NCBI GenBank assembly: GCA_900320055.1
Contig: ONQS01000012.1
Span: forward strand, 15,282-79,281
Source: an uncultured Prevotellaceae bacterium
GTDB taxonomy: Bacteria; Bacteroidota; Bacteroidia; Bacteroidales; Muribaculaceae
DNA: 64,000 bases
Direction of reading: 5' to 3'
Of the stretch, positions 28,796 to 38,733 are shown piece by piece (the first letter of the stretch is position 1; the number at the start of each line of letters is the position of its first letter). The position numbers were made by a program, and so were the translations under genes. The notes under the pieces are model-generated. The model did not search any database and was not told where the DNA came from. It was given only the letters and a program-made list of their open reading frames with translations.

Positions 28796-29002
28796 TTAAT
28801 CCAACTTGTCCTTGATTTCCTCGGCGATATCGTTCACGAGGTTATCGAGTTTGGATCCTTTGAGTTTCACACCTTGCTCACGCAGAGCGTCAGCAATGCG
28901 CTTGCGGGTATCATCACCCTTCTCGGGGGCGAACAACAGGCCCACTGCCGCACCGGCGATTGCGCCACCCACGACAGCCATTACAATGTTAATCGGTTTC
29001 AT
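28796..29002 (-). CDS. YtxH-domain protein (copy 1)
   Basis: AVVGGAIAGAAVGLLFAPEKGDDTR. Likely start MKPINIV; a TAATTTTG box lies at 29101-29108. Confidence 0.88.
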   Translation of the reverse strand: MKPINIVMAVVGGAIAGAAVGLLFAPEKGDDTRKRIADALREQGVKLKGSKLDNLVNDIAEEIKDKLD

Positions 29003-29100
29003 ATCGGAAAGCATTTAAAAAATTAATAAATAGTCCTTAGTATTGGTTAAAACCTGCAAGTTTCATGCCACAAGAGTCCCTGTGACACTTGCTGTCACCA

Positions 29101-29169
29101 CAAAATTACTTAAAGTTTTTGATTTGGACAAACATTCTAGAAATAATCTCAATAATTTTACTAATTTTG
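29101..29169. promoter_or_regulatory. Back-to-back sigma-A -7 boxes for the YtxH operon (minus, 29101-29108) and uvrA (plus, 29162-29169)
   Basis: Two exact TAATTTTG matches on opposite strands. Confidence 0.6.
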
Positions 29170-29188
29170 CACCCCGAATCCATCAAAA

Positions 29189-31987
29189 ATGAGCACAGGA
29201 GACATTATCATCAAGGGCGCACGCGTCAACAACCTAAAAGATGTTGACGTGTCAATACCTCGCGGCAAGTTTGTCGTGATCACCGGTCTGTCGGGATCCG
29301 GCAAGTCGTCACTGGCATTCGACACACTCTATGCCGAAGGCCAACGCCGCTATGTCGAGAGCCTATCCTCCTATGCACGCCAGTTTATGGGGCGCATGAC
29401 CAAGCCCGATTGCGACTTTATCCGCGGCTTGCCGCCTGCCATAGCAGTCGAGCAACGCACGGTCACACGCAACTCCCGTAGCACAGTGGGCACCAGCACC
29501 GAGATTTATGACTACCTGCGGTTGCTGTTTGCGCGCATAGGCAAGACCTACTCTCCCATCTCGGGCCAGATGGTCAAGAAGCACACCTCCAACGATGTGA
29601 TCGACTGCGTCGATTCTTACCCCGACGGCACACGCCTGGCGTTGCTGACCGAGATTATCGTGCCTGAGGGCCGCGACTTGCGCACCCAATTGGACATACT
29701 GGTCAAGGGTGGATATTCCAGACTGATGACTGAGGATGGACGCTTTGTCGACATTGCCCAGGTGATAGCCAGCGAAGGGGACCTCGACCCCTCGAATTAC
29801 CGATTGCTCATCGACCGCATGGCCGTCACCCATAACCACGACGACCAGATGCGACTGCTAGACTCGTTGCAGACAGCCTTCTATGAGGGCAAGGACGAGT
29901 GCATCGTGGTCCTATGGCTGCAGGACGGCTCTACCGTCGAGCACCGCTTTTCCAAGCGGTTTGAACTGGACGGAATGACCTTTGACGAGCCCAGCGACCT
30001 GATGTTCAACTTTAACAACCCGTTGGGCGCGTGCCCTACCTGTGAGGGTTTTGGCAGCGTCATCGGCATTGATGAGAGCCTGGTGGTGCCCGATAGGAGC
30101 CGCTCGGTCTATGACGACGCGGTGATGTGCTGGCGCGGTCAGGTCATGGGCGAATGGAAACGCGAGTTCATCCATGTGGCATCGCGTCACAACTTTCCCA
30201 TTCACAAGCCTTATCACGAGTTAAGCCAAGAGCAACTCGACCTGCTGTGGCATGGCACCGGCGATGGCGAGTGGAGCGGAATCGACGGCTTCTTTGAGTG
30301 GGTCAAGAGCAAATCCTATGCCATCCAATTCCGTGTCCTGCAGGCCCGCTACCGCGGTAAAACCACTTGTCCGACCTGTCATGGCACCCGACTCAAGCCA
30401 CAAGCGGATTACGTCCGCGTGAACGGCATCACCATCAGCCAGATGGTGAGGATGCCAGTCAAGGATTTAGCCCAATGGTTCAAGGACCTGCAACTCGACG
30501 AAACCGATACAGTCATCGCCAAGCGTCTGCTCACCGAGATCAACAGCCGGCTGGACTACTTGTGCGAGGTGGGCGTGGGCTACCTTACCCTCGACCGCCT
30601 GTCGGCTACGCTATCGGGCGGTGAGAGCCAACGCATCAACCTGGCGACCGCCCTCGGCAGTTCGCTCGTAGGTTCTGTCTACATCCTCGACGAGCCCTCG
30701 ATCGGTCTGCACCCGCGCGACACCCACCGGCTGATTCACGTCCTGCGCATGCTGCAGCAACTAGGCAACACCGTTGTCGTGGTCGAGCACGACGAGGACA
30801 TCATCAAAAATGCCGACTACCTGATCGACGTGGGCCCTGAAGCAGGGCGCAATGGCGGTCAGATCACCTATCAGGGACCCGTTGACCAATTAAACAGCGC
30901 CGCCAACAGTTACACGGCTAAATACCTGACCGGCAGCCTGTCCATTCCCATTCCACGCCAGCGACGCCCGTGGAACCAGTATATCCTGGTCAAGGGAGCC
31001 ACGCAAAACAATCTCAAGAACATCAACGTCAAGTTTCCGTTAGGCGTGATGACCGTGGTCACAGGCGTGAGCGGATCAGGCAAGTCCACACTGGTGGGCA
31101 AGATCCTCTACCCTGCCCTGGCCCGCGAATATGACCAGACAGCCGAGGCTCCCGGCAGTTATAGCGGTCTGGAAGGAGACCTCAAGCGATTGCAGGGCGT
31201 GGAATTCATCGACCAAGGGCCCATCGGCAAGAGCACGCGCAGTAATCCCGCGACCTACCTCAAGGCCTTTGACGAGATCCGCCAGTTGTTTGCCCAGCAG
31301 CAGTTATCCAAGCAGATGGGATATAATGCCGGTTTCTTCTCGTTTAACTCGCCGGGCGGCAGGTGTGAAGAATGCAAGGGCGAAGGCACCATCACCATCG
31401 AGATGCAGTTTATGGCAGACATCACCCTCACGTGTGAGGCTTGCCACGGCAAGCGTTTCAGCCGCAACGCACTCGATGTCACCTATCGCGACCGCACCAT
31501 CAGCGACGTGCTCGACATGACCGTAAACCAGGCCATCGAATTTTTCAGCGAGAGCAACACCTATAACGAGTACCGCATTGTGCGGCGGTTGAAGCCGCTG
31601 CAAGATGTGGGTCTGGGATACATCAAGTTGGGGCAATCGTCGTCCACCCTGTCGGGCGGTGAGAACCAGCGAGTGAAACTGGCATACTACCTGAGCGGCG
31701 AGCGTCAGGGCAACACGCTCTTCATCTTTGACGAGCCGACCACAGGCCTGCACTTCCACGATATCAACACGCTGATGCGCTCGTTTGACCAACTGATAGG
31801 CAACGGCCACACCGTGGTCATCATCGAGCACAACTTGGATGTCATCAAGTGTGCCGACCACATCATCGACCTGGGTCCCGAAGGCGGCGACCTGGGCGGC
31901 AACATCGTCATTGCCGGCACGCCCGAGGAGGTCGCCCGCTGTCCCCAGAGCCACACGGGCCGCTTCCTTGCCGAGAAACTGAAATAA
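29189..31987 (+). CDS. uvrA: Excinuclease ABC subunit UvrA
   Basis: Two ABC ATPase modules (GLSGSGKSS, LSGGESQRI, GVSGSGKST, LSGGENQR) and CxxC zinc modules. Confidence 0.95.
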   Translation: MSTGDIIIKGARVNNLKDVDVSIPRGKFVVITGLSGSGKSSLAFDTLYAEGQRRYVESLSSYARQFMGRMTKPDCDFIRGLPPAIAVEQRTVTRNSRSTVGTSTEIYDYLRLLFARIGKTYSPISGQMVKKHTSNDVIDCVDSYPDGTRLALLTEIIVPEGRDLRTQLDILVKGGYSRLMTEDGRFVDIAQVIASEGDLDPSNYRLLIDRMAVTHNHDDQMRLLDSLQTAFYEGKDECIVVLWLQDGSTVEHRFSKRFELDGMTFDEPSDLMFNFNNPLGACPTCEGFGSVIGIDESLVVPDRSRSVYDDAVMCWRGQVMGEWKREFIHVASRHNFPIHKPYHELSQEQLDLLWHGTGDGEWSGIDGFFEWVKSKSYAIQFRVLQARYRGKTTCPTCHGTRLKPQADYVRVNGITISQMVRMPVKDLAQWFKDLQLDETDTVIAKRLLTEINSRLDYLCEVGVGYLTLDRLSATLSGGESQRINLATALGSSLVGSVYILDEPSIGLHPRDTHRLIHVLRMLQQLGNTVVVVEHDEDIIKNADYLIDVGPEAGRNGGQITYQGPVDQLNSAANSYTAKYLTGSLSIPIPRQRRPWNQYILVKGATQNNLKNINVKFPLGVMTVVTGVSGSGKSTLVGKILYPALAREYDQTAEAPGSYSGLEGDLKRLQGVEFIDQGPIGKSTRSNPATYLKAFDEIRQLFAQQQLSKQMGYNAGFFSFNSPGGRCEECKGEGTITIEMQFMADITLTCEACHGKRFSRNALDVTYRDRTISDVLDMTVNQAIEFFSESNTYNEYRIVRRLKPLQDVGLGYIKLGQSSSTLSGGENQRVKLAYYLSGERQGNTLFIFDEPTTGLHFHDINTLMRSFDQLIGNGHTVVIIEHNLDVIKCADHIIDLGPEGGDLGGNIVIAGTPEEVARCPQSHTGRFLAEKLK

Positions 31988-32030
31988 CGGCAACCCTACC
32001 CACGCTAACCCTACACAACAGACATACACG

Positions 32031-32609
32031 ATGAATAATATGGATTCAACACAGGATGAACATCCCGCCAGAATCATCCGCAAAGAGTTTTTTGCCTATC
32101 GTAACGGCATCGTTGCTGACAAACTGCGCAACGCTGGCGACCCGCACCCCATCATCATGGGCTGCCTGCTGGTAGATCTGCTCGATACCACAAGACGCAT
32201 GCGTGAGCAAATCGGCAACAAGGAGCGACTGGCGCTGCTGGCGCAAGAACTCTGGAACGATACCAACTCCCGCGAGTGCCGCCTGGCAGCACCCATGCTC
32301 TATCCGCACGAGTTGATGACCATGCCGTTGGCAGCGCAGTGGTGCCAGAGCGTTGAGACTATCGAGATTTCGGATAACTTGTGCCACAAGTTGTTACGCC
32401 ACATGGCAGGAGCCGAAGAACTGATGGCTCAACTCATCAGGAACCATCTGCCACTGGTCAAATACACGGGATACCGCCTGATGCTGAACCTGCTCATGAC
32501 CGGCCAGATACAATCACCCGCAAGCATCAAGCCACTAGTCGAAGCCGAGAGGGCCAGCGCCACCGGCAATCTCTTGACGCTGCTCAAAGATATCGAGGAA
32601 GAATTTTAA
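32031..32609 (+). CDS. DNA alkylation repair (AlkD-like HEAT repeat) family protein
   Basis: RNGIVADKLR, LAQELW...SRECRLAAPML and SDNLCHKLLR resemble Bacteroidota members of this family; lies downstream of uvrA. Confidence 0.7.
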   Translation: MNNMDSTQDEHPARIIRKEFFAYRNGIVADKLRNAGDPHPIIMGCLLVDLLDTTRRMREQIGNKERLALLAQELWNDTNSRECRLAAPMLYPHELMTMPLAAQWCQSVETIEISDNLCHKLLRHMAGAEELMAQLIRNHLPLVKYTGYRLMLNLLMTGQIQSPASIKPLVEAERASATGNLLTLLKDIEEEF

Positions 32610-32627
32610 TCGGTATCGTGGACCTTG

Positions 32628-33764
32628 TCAGTCGTCCCACATCAGATCACGCATCACGCTGTCGCTGAGCACAATGCCCTCACTGGTCAGGATATATCTG
32701 CCATCATCGGTGCAAATCATATTACCTGCATCGATGTGGCGGCGCGCCTCGCTGACGAAATGCGCCCATGCTTTGTCGCCAAAATCCGACCTGAGACGGT
32801 GAGCATCAACGCCATCGGCGGTGCGCAGCCCCAACATCACCCGTTCGTCATACCGCTCCCACCAAGCCAAATCCTCGACCTGACATGCAGGCTGTCCCGA
32901 AGTAATCCGCCTGATATATCCGCACAGATCAGCAGGGTTGCTGCGCCTCATTGTGCCGTCATAACTGTGGGCCGCAGCCCCCAGGCCCAGATAAGGCGTT
33001 TCGTTCCAGTAAGATGAGTTGTGGCGTGAGCGGTAGCCTGGCAACGCAAAATTGGATATCTCATAGTGCTCATATCCAGCCACCTGCAACAAACCGACCA
33101 AGACACGATACATGTCCAAGTACTGATCCTCCGAGGCCTCGACGACCTCGCCACACTCGCGCTGTTGCCACAAGCGGGTGCCCGGCTCATAGGTGAGCCC
33201 ATAAGCCGAGATGTGCTGCGGCCTCAAGTCTACCGCCTGCCGCACCGATTCGGCCCAAGTCTCTAGCCTCTGCCCAGGAAGCCCGTAGATAAGATCAATG
33301 CTGATGTTGTCAATGCCTGCATGCCTTAGGCTCGCCACCGCATCGATGGCCTGCCGTGCCGTGTGTCGCCGCCCCACAAGGCGCAGGACAGCATCTTGAA
33401 ACGACTGCACCCCCATGCTCACACGGTTCACCCCCAGTGCCCTCACTGCGGCGCTCCACTCGGGTGTCACGTCGTCGGGGTTGGCCTCGAGGGTAAACTC
33501 CTGGACGGCATTCAGGTCAAGCGTCGCCTTCAAGCCGTCAATCAATCGAGCCAACAGCGGCAGGGGCAACTGTGACGGTGTGCCACCGCCCATATAGAGC
33601 GTCTTGACAGGCTTGCCATTGAGTTCGGCCTTGCGAAGACGCGCTTCGGCAATGAGCGCTTCGACATAATCATGCCCCACCTCGTCGAGCCTCAATGTCG
33701 AGAAGAAGTCGCAGTAGGAACAGCGACTGGCACAAAACGGGATATGGACATAAACTCCAGCCAT
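32628..33764 (-). CDS. hemW: Radical SAM heme chaperone HemW
   Basis: YVHIPFCASRCSYCDF (HxxxCxxxCxxC), YMGGGTPS, RVSMGVQSF and YEISNF...HNSSYW. Confidence 0.92.
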   Translation of the reverse strand: MAGVYVHIPFCASRCSYCDFFSTLRLDEVGHDYVEALIAEARLRKAELNGKPVKTLYMGGGTPSQLPLPLLARLIDGLKATLDLNAVQEFTLEANPDDVTPEWSAAVRALGVNRVSMGVQSFQDAVLRLVGRRHTARQAIDAVASLRHAGIDNISIDLIYGLPGQRLETWAESVRQAVDLRPQHISAYGLTYEPGTRLWQQRECGEVVEASEDQYLDMYRVLVGLLQVAGYEHYEISNFALPGYRSRHNSSYWNETPYLGLGAAAHSYDGTMRRSNPADLCGYIRRITSGQPACQVEDLAWWERYDERVMLGLRTADGVDAHRLRSDFGDKAWAHFVSEARRHIDAGNMICTDDGRYILTSEGIVLSDSVMRDLMWDD

Positions 33765-33792
33765 TAAGCACTATTTATTTAATATCCAACTA

Positions 33793-36012
33793 TTAAAGTA
33801 TCGATAGAATCATGCCAACCAAGGTGTTGACATCGGCAATGTTGATTTCGCCATCCTCATTGACATCGGCTCGCGACAACGCATCACCGTGCATGCCAGC
33901 GTCGAGAAGAATGCCGATGACAAAATTGATATCTGCAACGTTGATCTCGCCGTCACCGTTCACATCGCCAACCAAACCCTTGTCACTGAGATAAATCGTA
34001 AAATCGTCGAGATAACCCGCAAGCGGCCCTGAGGCAATACAAGCAATCCGATAGCGAGCAGGTTTAGATACCGCGACCGGGAAGTAGAGGACAGACTTCT
34101 TTTGAGGGATAGCAGTGGCCTTTTGACCTCCGCCAGCACTGTTTTGCTTGGTCCACGTTTCGCCACCATCGGTCGAGACATAGAGTTGGAGACGCACACT
34201 TGTGGTATTGGGATTATAAAAAGTGAATGTCACCTGATGGGCAGGGCAAGTCACATCGCTTGTCATCGTCAGCATACCGACCTTGTTTATAGCCACCGCT
34301 ATTGCGCCATTGCCCATCAAAGTGTCGGCGGGGGTGACCGTCGAGCAACCTGCAAACGACCAGGTTGCCAATGAGCCCTGAACATCTGCCGCACTCGTGC
34401 CACTGGTTACCGCCATGGTTTCAAAGTCCTCAACCACAGTGTTGAAAGTTCCGTCTCGTGTCACTTTGAACTTCACCATCGGCCCATCCTCATGGATGTC
34501 ATAGAGCACCCAGTCGCTGGGCATCCCTGCCCATGACTTGAGGTTGGGTTTGCCCGAATTGGTAAGCATGGCCACACCATAGGTGCCTGGAAAAGGGTCA
34601 CCAGAAGACTGAAAATAGGTGGACTGGCCGGCTCGCAGCATGTCGTAGTACAGACGGCTCGCATCTGCATTAGGGGCATTGTTATTCCACGCGTCAGCAT
34701 TGGTCGAGTCCATTCTCACCACCACCAAGCCATGACCAGGAGCATAGGCATCCCATTTTGTGAGTTGCCTGTTCTCGATGAGGAACATTTCTCCCTCCTG
34801 CTTGGTTTTCAAGATGAAGCCCTCACAAGTCTCGCCAATGGGTGGCAACTCATATTCACCCTCGGCCTCAATGACCTTGACACAGGCAAATCCTAAGGAG
34901 TAGCGGTCATAGAGGCTGTAGGCGACAGGGGTACGGGCATTGTTGGCATAGTTTCCACCCGCCATCAGTTCCCACTCCCCCGGATGCTGCGCTTCACCGT
35001 TTATGGCATCATCGTCGGAACTGGTATCATAAAGATCGGGCAGCCCCAGCACATGGCTGAACTCATGGCAGATAGTGCCGATGCCATCGAATATGCCATA
35101 ACTTTTTGAATAAATATACTCGGAAGAACAAGCATAATCCCCAATATACTTGCCGTCATATTTCAAATTCGAGAAGTATCTTAAACTCGAGCGATGTGGC
35201 CACAAGTGACTGGGGTTATACGGATCGGAACTGGAAGGGGTATCGGCAACAATAAAATAGATCATGTCAACACAGCCATCCTGATCCAAGTCATAATTGC
35301 TATAGTCCACGCCCATCACATCATGAGCCTGCTTGACGGCACTTCTGAAAATGTCGGCACTTTTCCTCTGACCGTCGTTCACCGAGTAAGGCACCCGCAC
35401 GGGGCCCACCACATCAAACTGTGGGTCAAACAGCCCATAACTGTTATCATAAAAATAGTCACGCACGCTTCCCGTGAAATTGCCGTAAGCATTAGGCGTT
35501 CCATCCTCATTGGCGTAGCCAGTATAACCCTTTTCATTCAACATGCGATGGTAAAACTCCTTCACATCACTGCGTGTGAAAACAGAATCGTCGAACACGA
35601 CAAGTATCGCCAGCCCCTTGAAGTTGTCAAGGCTTACAGATGGCAATCTGTCGCGCTGCTGCCGTGCCACCGCGGACATTCTCTTGGACTCTCTGGAACA
35701 CAGGTGCTTCCCGATTCCGTCAAGCCAAGTCATCTCGCTCGCCGACCTGACAGAGGCATCGTGTGCAACCACTTGACTCGCCACGACCTGGCCATGAGCC
35801 AATTGAGCATAGCGATAGAAACCATCATCACTCTTGACGATCGTGTATCCATCAAGGGTGGTTAGGTAATGAAAAAATTCATCGCCAATGATTTTCACCG
35901 TGAGTTGGCTGCCATCGGGCTGGTTCACCACTATGGGAATTGGCAAAGCCTGAACGGCATAAATATTTACACAGGCCAGTAATACCGAAAGCATCAAGAG
36001 ACAATAACGCAT
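33793..36012 (-). CDS. Secreted M6 (immune inhibitor A)-family metalloprotease with C-terminal type I dockerin
   Basis: Signal peptide, propeptide QPDGS...GDEFFHY, zinc motif ICHEFSHVLGLPDLYD and duplicated EF-hand-like repeats GDVNGDGEINVAD / ADVNEDGEINIAD. Confidence 0.88.
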   Translation of the reverse strand: MRYCLLMLSVLLACVNIYAVQALPIPIVVNQPDGSQLTVKIIGDEFFHYLTTLDGYTIVKSDDGFYRYAQLAHGQVVASQVVAHDASVRSASEMTWLDGIGKHLCSRESKRMSAVARQQRDRLPSVSLDNFKGLAILVVFDDSVFTRSDVKEFYHRMLNEKGYTGYANEDGTPNAYGNFTGSVRDYFYDNSYGLFDPQFDVVGPVRVPYSVNDGQRKSADIFRSAVKQAHDVMGVDYSNYDLDQDGCVDMIYFIVADTPSSSDPYNPSHLWPHRSSLRYFSNLKYDGKYIGDYACSSEYIYSKSYGIFDGIGTICHEFSHVLGLPDLYDTSSDDDAINGEAQHPGEWELMAGGNYANNARTPVAYSLYDRYSLGFACVKVIEAEGEYELPPIGETCEGFILKTKQEGEMFLIENRQLTKWDAYAPGHGLVVVRMDSTNADAWNNNAPNADASRLYYDMLRAGQSTYFQSSGDPFPGTYGVAMLTNSGKPNLKSWAGMPSDWVLYDIHEDGPMVKFKVTRDGTFNTVVEDFETMAVTSGTSAADVQGSLATWSFAGCSTVTPADTLMGNGAIAVAINKVGMLTMTSDVTCPAHQVTFTFYNPNTTSVRLQLYVSTDGGETWTKQNSAGGGQKATAIPQKKSVLYFPVAVSKPARYRIACIASGPLAGYLDDFTIYLSDKGLVGDVNGDGEINVADINFVIGILLDAGMHGDALSRADVNEDGEINIADVNTLVGMILSIL

Positions 36013-36252
36013 AATATCTATTGGTTATTGAGGTTTAGAATGAATATCATATCTTCGATGCAAAGTTACGAAAAGGCATTGCAACGGGCAAGGAAACGGC
36101 TCAAAATGTGCCGGAGGTTGGTTTTGCTATCATCAAGATCATCATGGTCAAAACGCACATGCACCCATAGAGTTCAAGGCACAAAAAAGCCAAAACCAAA
36201 GGTTGTTGATAATTTTCTTTTTAATAATGTTGTGATTAACGGCAAAAATTAG

Positions 36253-36260
36253 TAATTTTG
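36253..36260 (+). promoter_or_regulatory. Sigma-A -7 box (TAATTTTG) for fusA2
   Basis: Exact TAnnTTTG match 65 nt upstream of the ATG. Confidence 0.6.
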
Positions 36261-36325
36261 CAGGCTGTTTAGCGAACTAAATATCAATTCACTATATAAC
36301 AACCATTTAACAAACAAAATCACTA

Positions 36326-38485
36326 ATGAAGGTTTACAAAACAAACGAGATCAAGAACATCTCTCTCGTCGGTGGCAAGGGCGCTGGCAAGACCACTCTC
36401 ACCGAGTCTATCCTCCTTGAGGGCGGCACAATCAGCCGCAGGGGCACCGTCGATGGCGGTAACACCGTGAGCGACAACACCCCCGTTGAGAAGGAGTATG
36501 GTTACTCTGTGTCCTCTACCGTCTTCTATGCTGAGAAGAACGGCAAGAAACTCAACTTCTTTGACTGCCCGGGTAGTGACGACTTTGTGGGCAATGCAGT
36601 GACCGCATTGAGCGTAACCGACGCTGCCGCTCTGGTCGTGGATGGCCGCAATGGTGTCGAGGTAGGCACTCAGAACAACTTCCGCACCGTAGAGCGCATT
36701 GGCAAGCCCATGATGTTTGTCATCAACCGCCTCGAGGACGAGAAGTGCGACTTTGACAACGTATACAACCAGTTGCGTGAGACCTACGGCAACAAGGTCG
36801 TAGCGCTGCAGTTCCCTGTGAACGCAGGCCCCGGCTTCAACAGCGTGGTTGACGTGCTGGCCATGAAGCAGTACACTTGGCCCAAGGATGGCGGCAAGGC
36901 TACTGCAAGCGACATCGACGGCTCACTGGCCGACAAGGCTGAGGAGTACCGCATGGCTCTGCTCGAGATGGCTGCCGAGAATGACGAGGAACTCATGATG
37001 AAGTTCCTTGACGAGATGACCCTGACCGAGGAGGAGACCATCAAGGGTATCCGCCTGGGTATGGTTGACCGCAGCATCTTCCCCGTGGTTCTCGTAAGCG
37101 CCGAGAAGAACATCGGCACCGACCGCATGCTGGAGATCATGAGCATCATCGTTCCCGACGTGACCGATATGCCCGCTCCCAAGAACACCAATGGCGACGA
37201 GGTTCCCGCTGATGAGAACGGTCCTCTGAGCGTGTTCTTCTTCAAAACCTCTGTTGAGAGCCACATCGGTGAGGTTTCCTACTTCAAGGTGATGAGCGGT
37301 GTGCTCAAGGCTGGTGCTGACTTGACTAACATGAACCGTGGCAGCAAGGAGCGCCTGGCTCAGATCAACGTCGTTTGTGGTCAGAACAAGACCGCTATCG
37401 ACGAGATCCACGCAGGTGACATCGGCGCTGCCGTGAAGTTGAAAGACGTTCGCTGCGGCAACACCCTCAACGAGAAGGGCTGCGAGCACATCTTTGACTT
37501 CATCGACTATCCCGCGCCCAAGTTCCAGCGCGCCATCAAGGCCCTGAACGAGAGCGAGACCGAGAAGTTGGGCGCCGTGCTCAACCGCATGCACGAGGAG
37601 GATCCCACGCTGCTGATCGAGCAGAGCAAGGAACTCAAACAGACCATCGTATCGGGTCAGGGCGAATTCCACCTGCGCACCCTCAAGTGGAACATCGAGA
37701 ACAACGACAAGATCCAGATTGAGTATCAGGAGCCCCGCATCCCCTACCGCGAGACCATTACCAAGGCCGCTCGCGCCGACTATCGTCACAAGAAGCAGTC
37801 TGGCGGTTCAGGTCAGTTTGGTGAGGTACACCTCATCGTTGAGCCTTACCGCGAGGGCATGCCCGAACCCGACACCTACAAGTTCGGCAACCAGGAGTAC
37901 AAGATGAACATCAAGGACAAGCAGGAAATTCCCATGGAATGGGGCGGTATGCTTGTTATCTATAACTGTATCGTTGGTGGTGCCATCGACGCACGCTTCA
38001 TCCCCGCTATCGTCAAGGGTATCATGGACCGCATGGAGCAAGGTCCTCTGACCGGTAGTTATGCACGCGACGTCCGCGTCTGCATCTACGATGGTAAGAT
38101 GCACCCGGTAGACAGTAACGAAATCTCGTTCCGTCTGGCCGCACGTAACGCCTTCTCGGCTGCATTCCGCGATGCCAACCCCAAGGTGCTGGAGCCCGTC
38201 TATGACGTTGAGATCCTGTTGCCCGGCGATTGCATGGGTGGTGTTCAGAGCGACCTGCAGGGCCGCCGCGGCATCATGATGGACATGTCGAGCGCCAATG
38301 GCATGGAGCGCGTTAAGGCTCGCATCCCCTTGAAGGAGATGTCCAACTACAGCACTGCCCTGAGTTCCATCTCTGGCGGCCGCGCTTCGTTCAACATGAA
38401 GTTCTCGAGTTACGAACTCGTGCCCGCCGACGTGCAGGCTCAGTTGCTCAAGGAGTACGAGGAGAGCAAGCAGGACGAGGATTAA
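36326..38485 (+). CDS. fusA2: Elongation factor G paralog EF-G2
   Basis: EF-G domain layout with deviant G-motifs (GGKGAGKTT, DCPGSDDF), a domain IV insertion after VEPY, and position upstream of rprXY as in Bacteroides. Confidence 0.9.
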   Translation: MKVYKTNEIKNISLVGGKGAGKTTLTESILLEGGTISRRGTVDGGNTVSDNTPVEKEYGYSVSSTVFYAEKNGKKLNFFDCPGSDDFVGNAVTALSVTDAAALVVDGRNGVEVGTQNNFRTVERIGKPMMFVINRLEDEKCDFDNVYNQLRETYGNKVVALQFPVNAGPGFNSVVDVLAMKQYTWPKDGGKATASDIDGSLADKAEEYRMALLEMAAENDEELMMKFLDEMTLTEEETIKGIRLGMVDRSIFPVVLVSAEKNIGTDRMLEIMSIIVPDVTDMPAPKNTNGDEVPADENGPLSVFFFKTSVESHIGEVSYFKVMSGVLKAGADLTNMNRGSKERLAQINVVCGQNKTAIDEIHAGDIGAAVKLKDVRCGNTLNEKGCEHIFDFIDYPAPKFQRAIKALNESETEKLGAVLNRMHEEDPTLLIEQSKELKQTIVSGQGEFHLRTLKWNIENNDKIQIEYQEPRIPYRETITKAARADYRHKKQSGGSGQFGEVHLIVEPYREGMPEPDTYKFGNQEYKMNIKDKQEIPMEWGGMLVIYNCIVGGAIDARFIPAIVKGIMDRMEQGPLTGSYARDVRVCIYDGKMHPVDSNEISFRLAARNAFSAAFRDANPKVLEPVYDVEILLPGDCMGGVQSDLQGRRGIMMDMSSANGMERVKARIPLKEMSNYSTALSSISGGRASFNMKFSSYELVPADVQAQLLKEYEESKQDED

Positions 38486-38516
38486 TCCACATCACCTGCA
38501 CTCCACCACATTATAT

Positions 38517-38555
38517 AATATGGGCGACCCGCTACGGGCCGTCCATATTTCTTTT
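38517..38555 (+). terminator. Intrinsic terminator after fusA2
   Basis: AATATGGGCG...CGTCCATATT stem followed by TCTTTT. Confidence 0.7.
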
Positions 38556-38733
38556 GCCGCACAGCATTGTCCCAAGCGCGTGACAAAGCGGTGCGACGGG
38601 AAAATGTTAAATAACAAGGTTAATTTTTTCAATAAAATCAAAAAGAAAATTTTGGTTTTTCACAATTAATTGTTAATTTTGCCGTTGATTGTTAAAATGA
38701 GATTTTGTAACAACAAGTAGATTTTTCTCACTC

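Noticed and set aside
36130-36260. BT4338/Cur-type binding site upstream of fusA2
   Set aside because: No convincing TATGTT-N4-AACATA palindrome is present. The closest (AATGTT-AAAT-AACAAG, 38603-38618) lies upstream of rprX and is weak.
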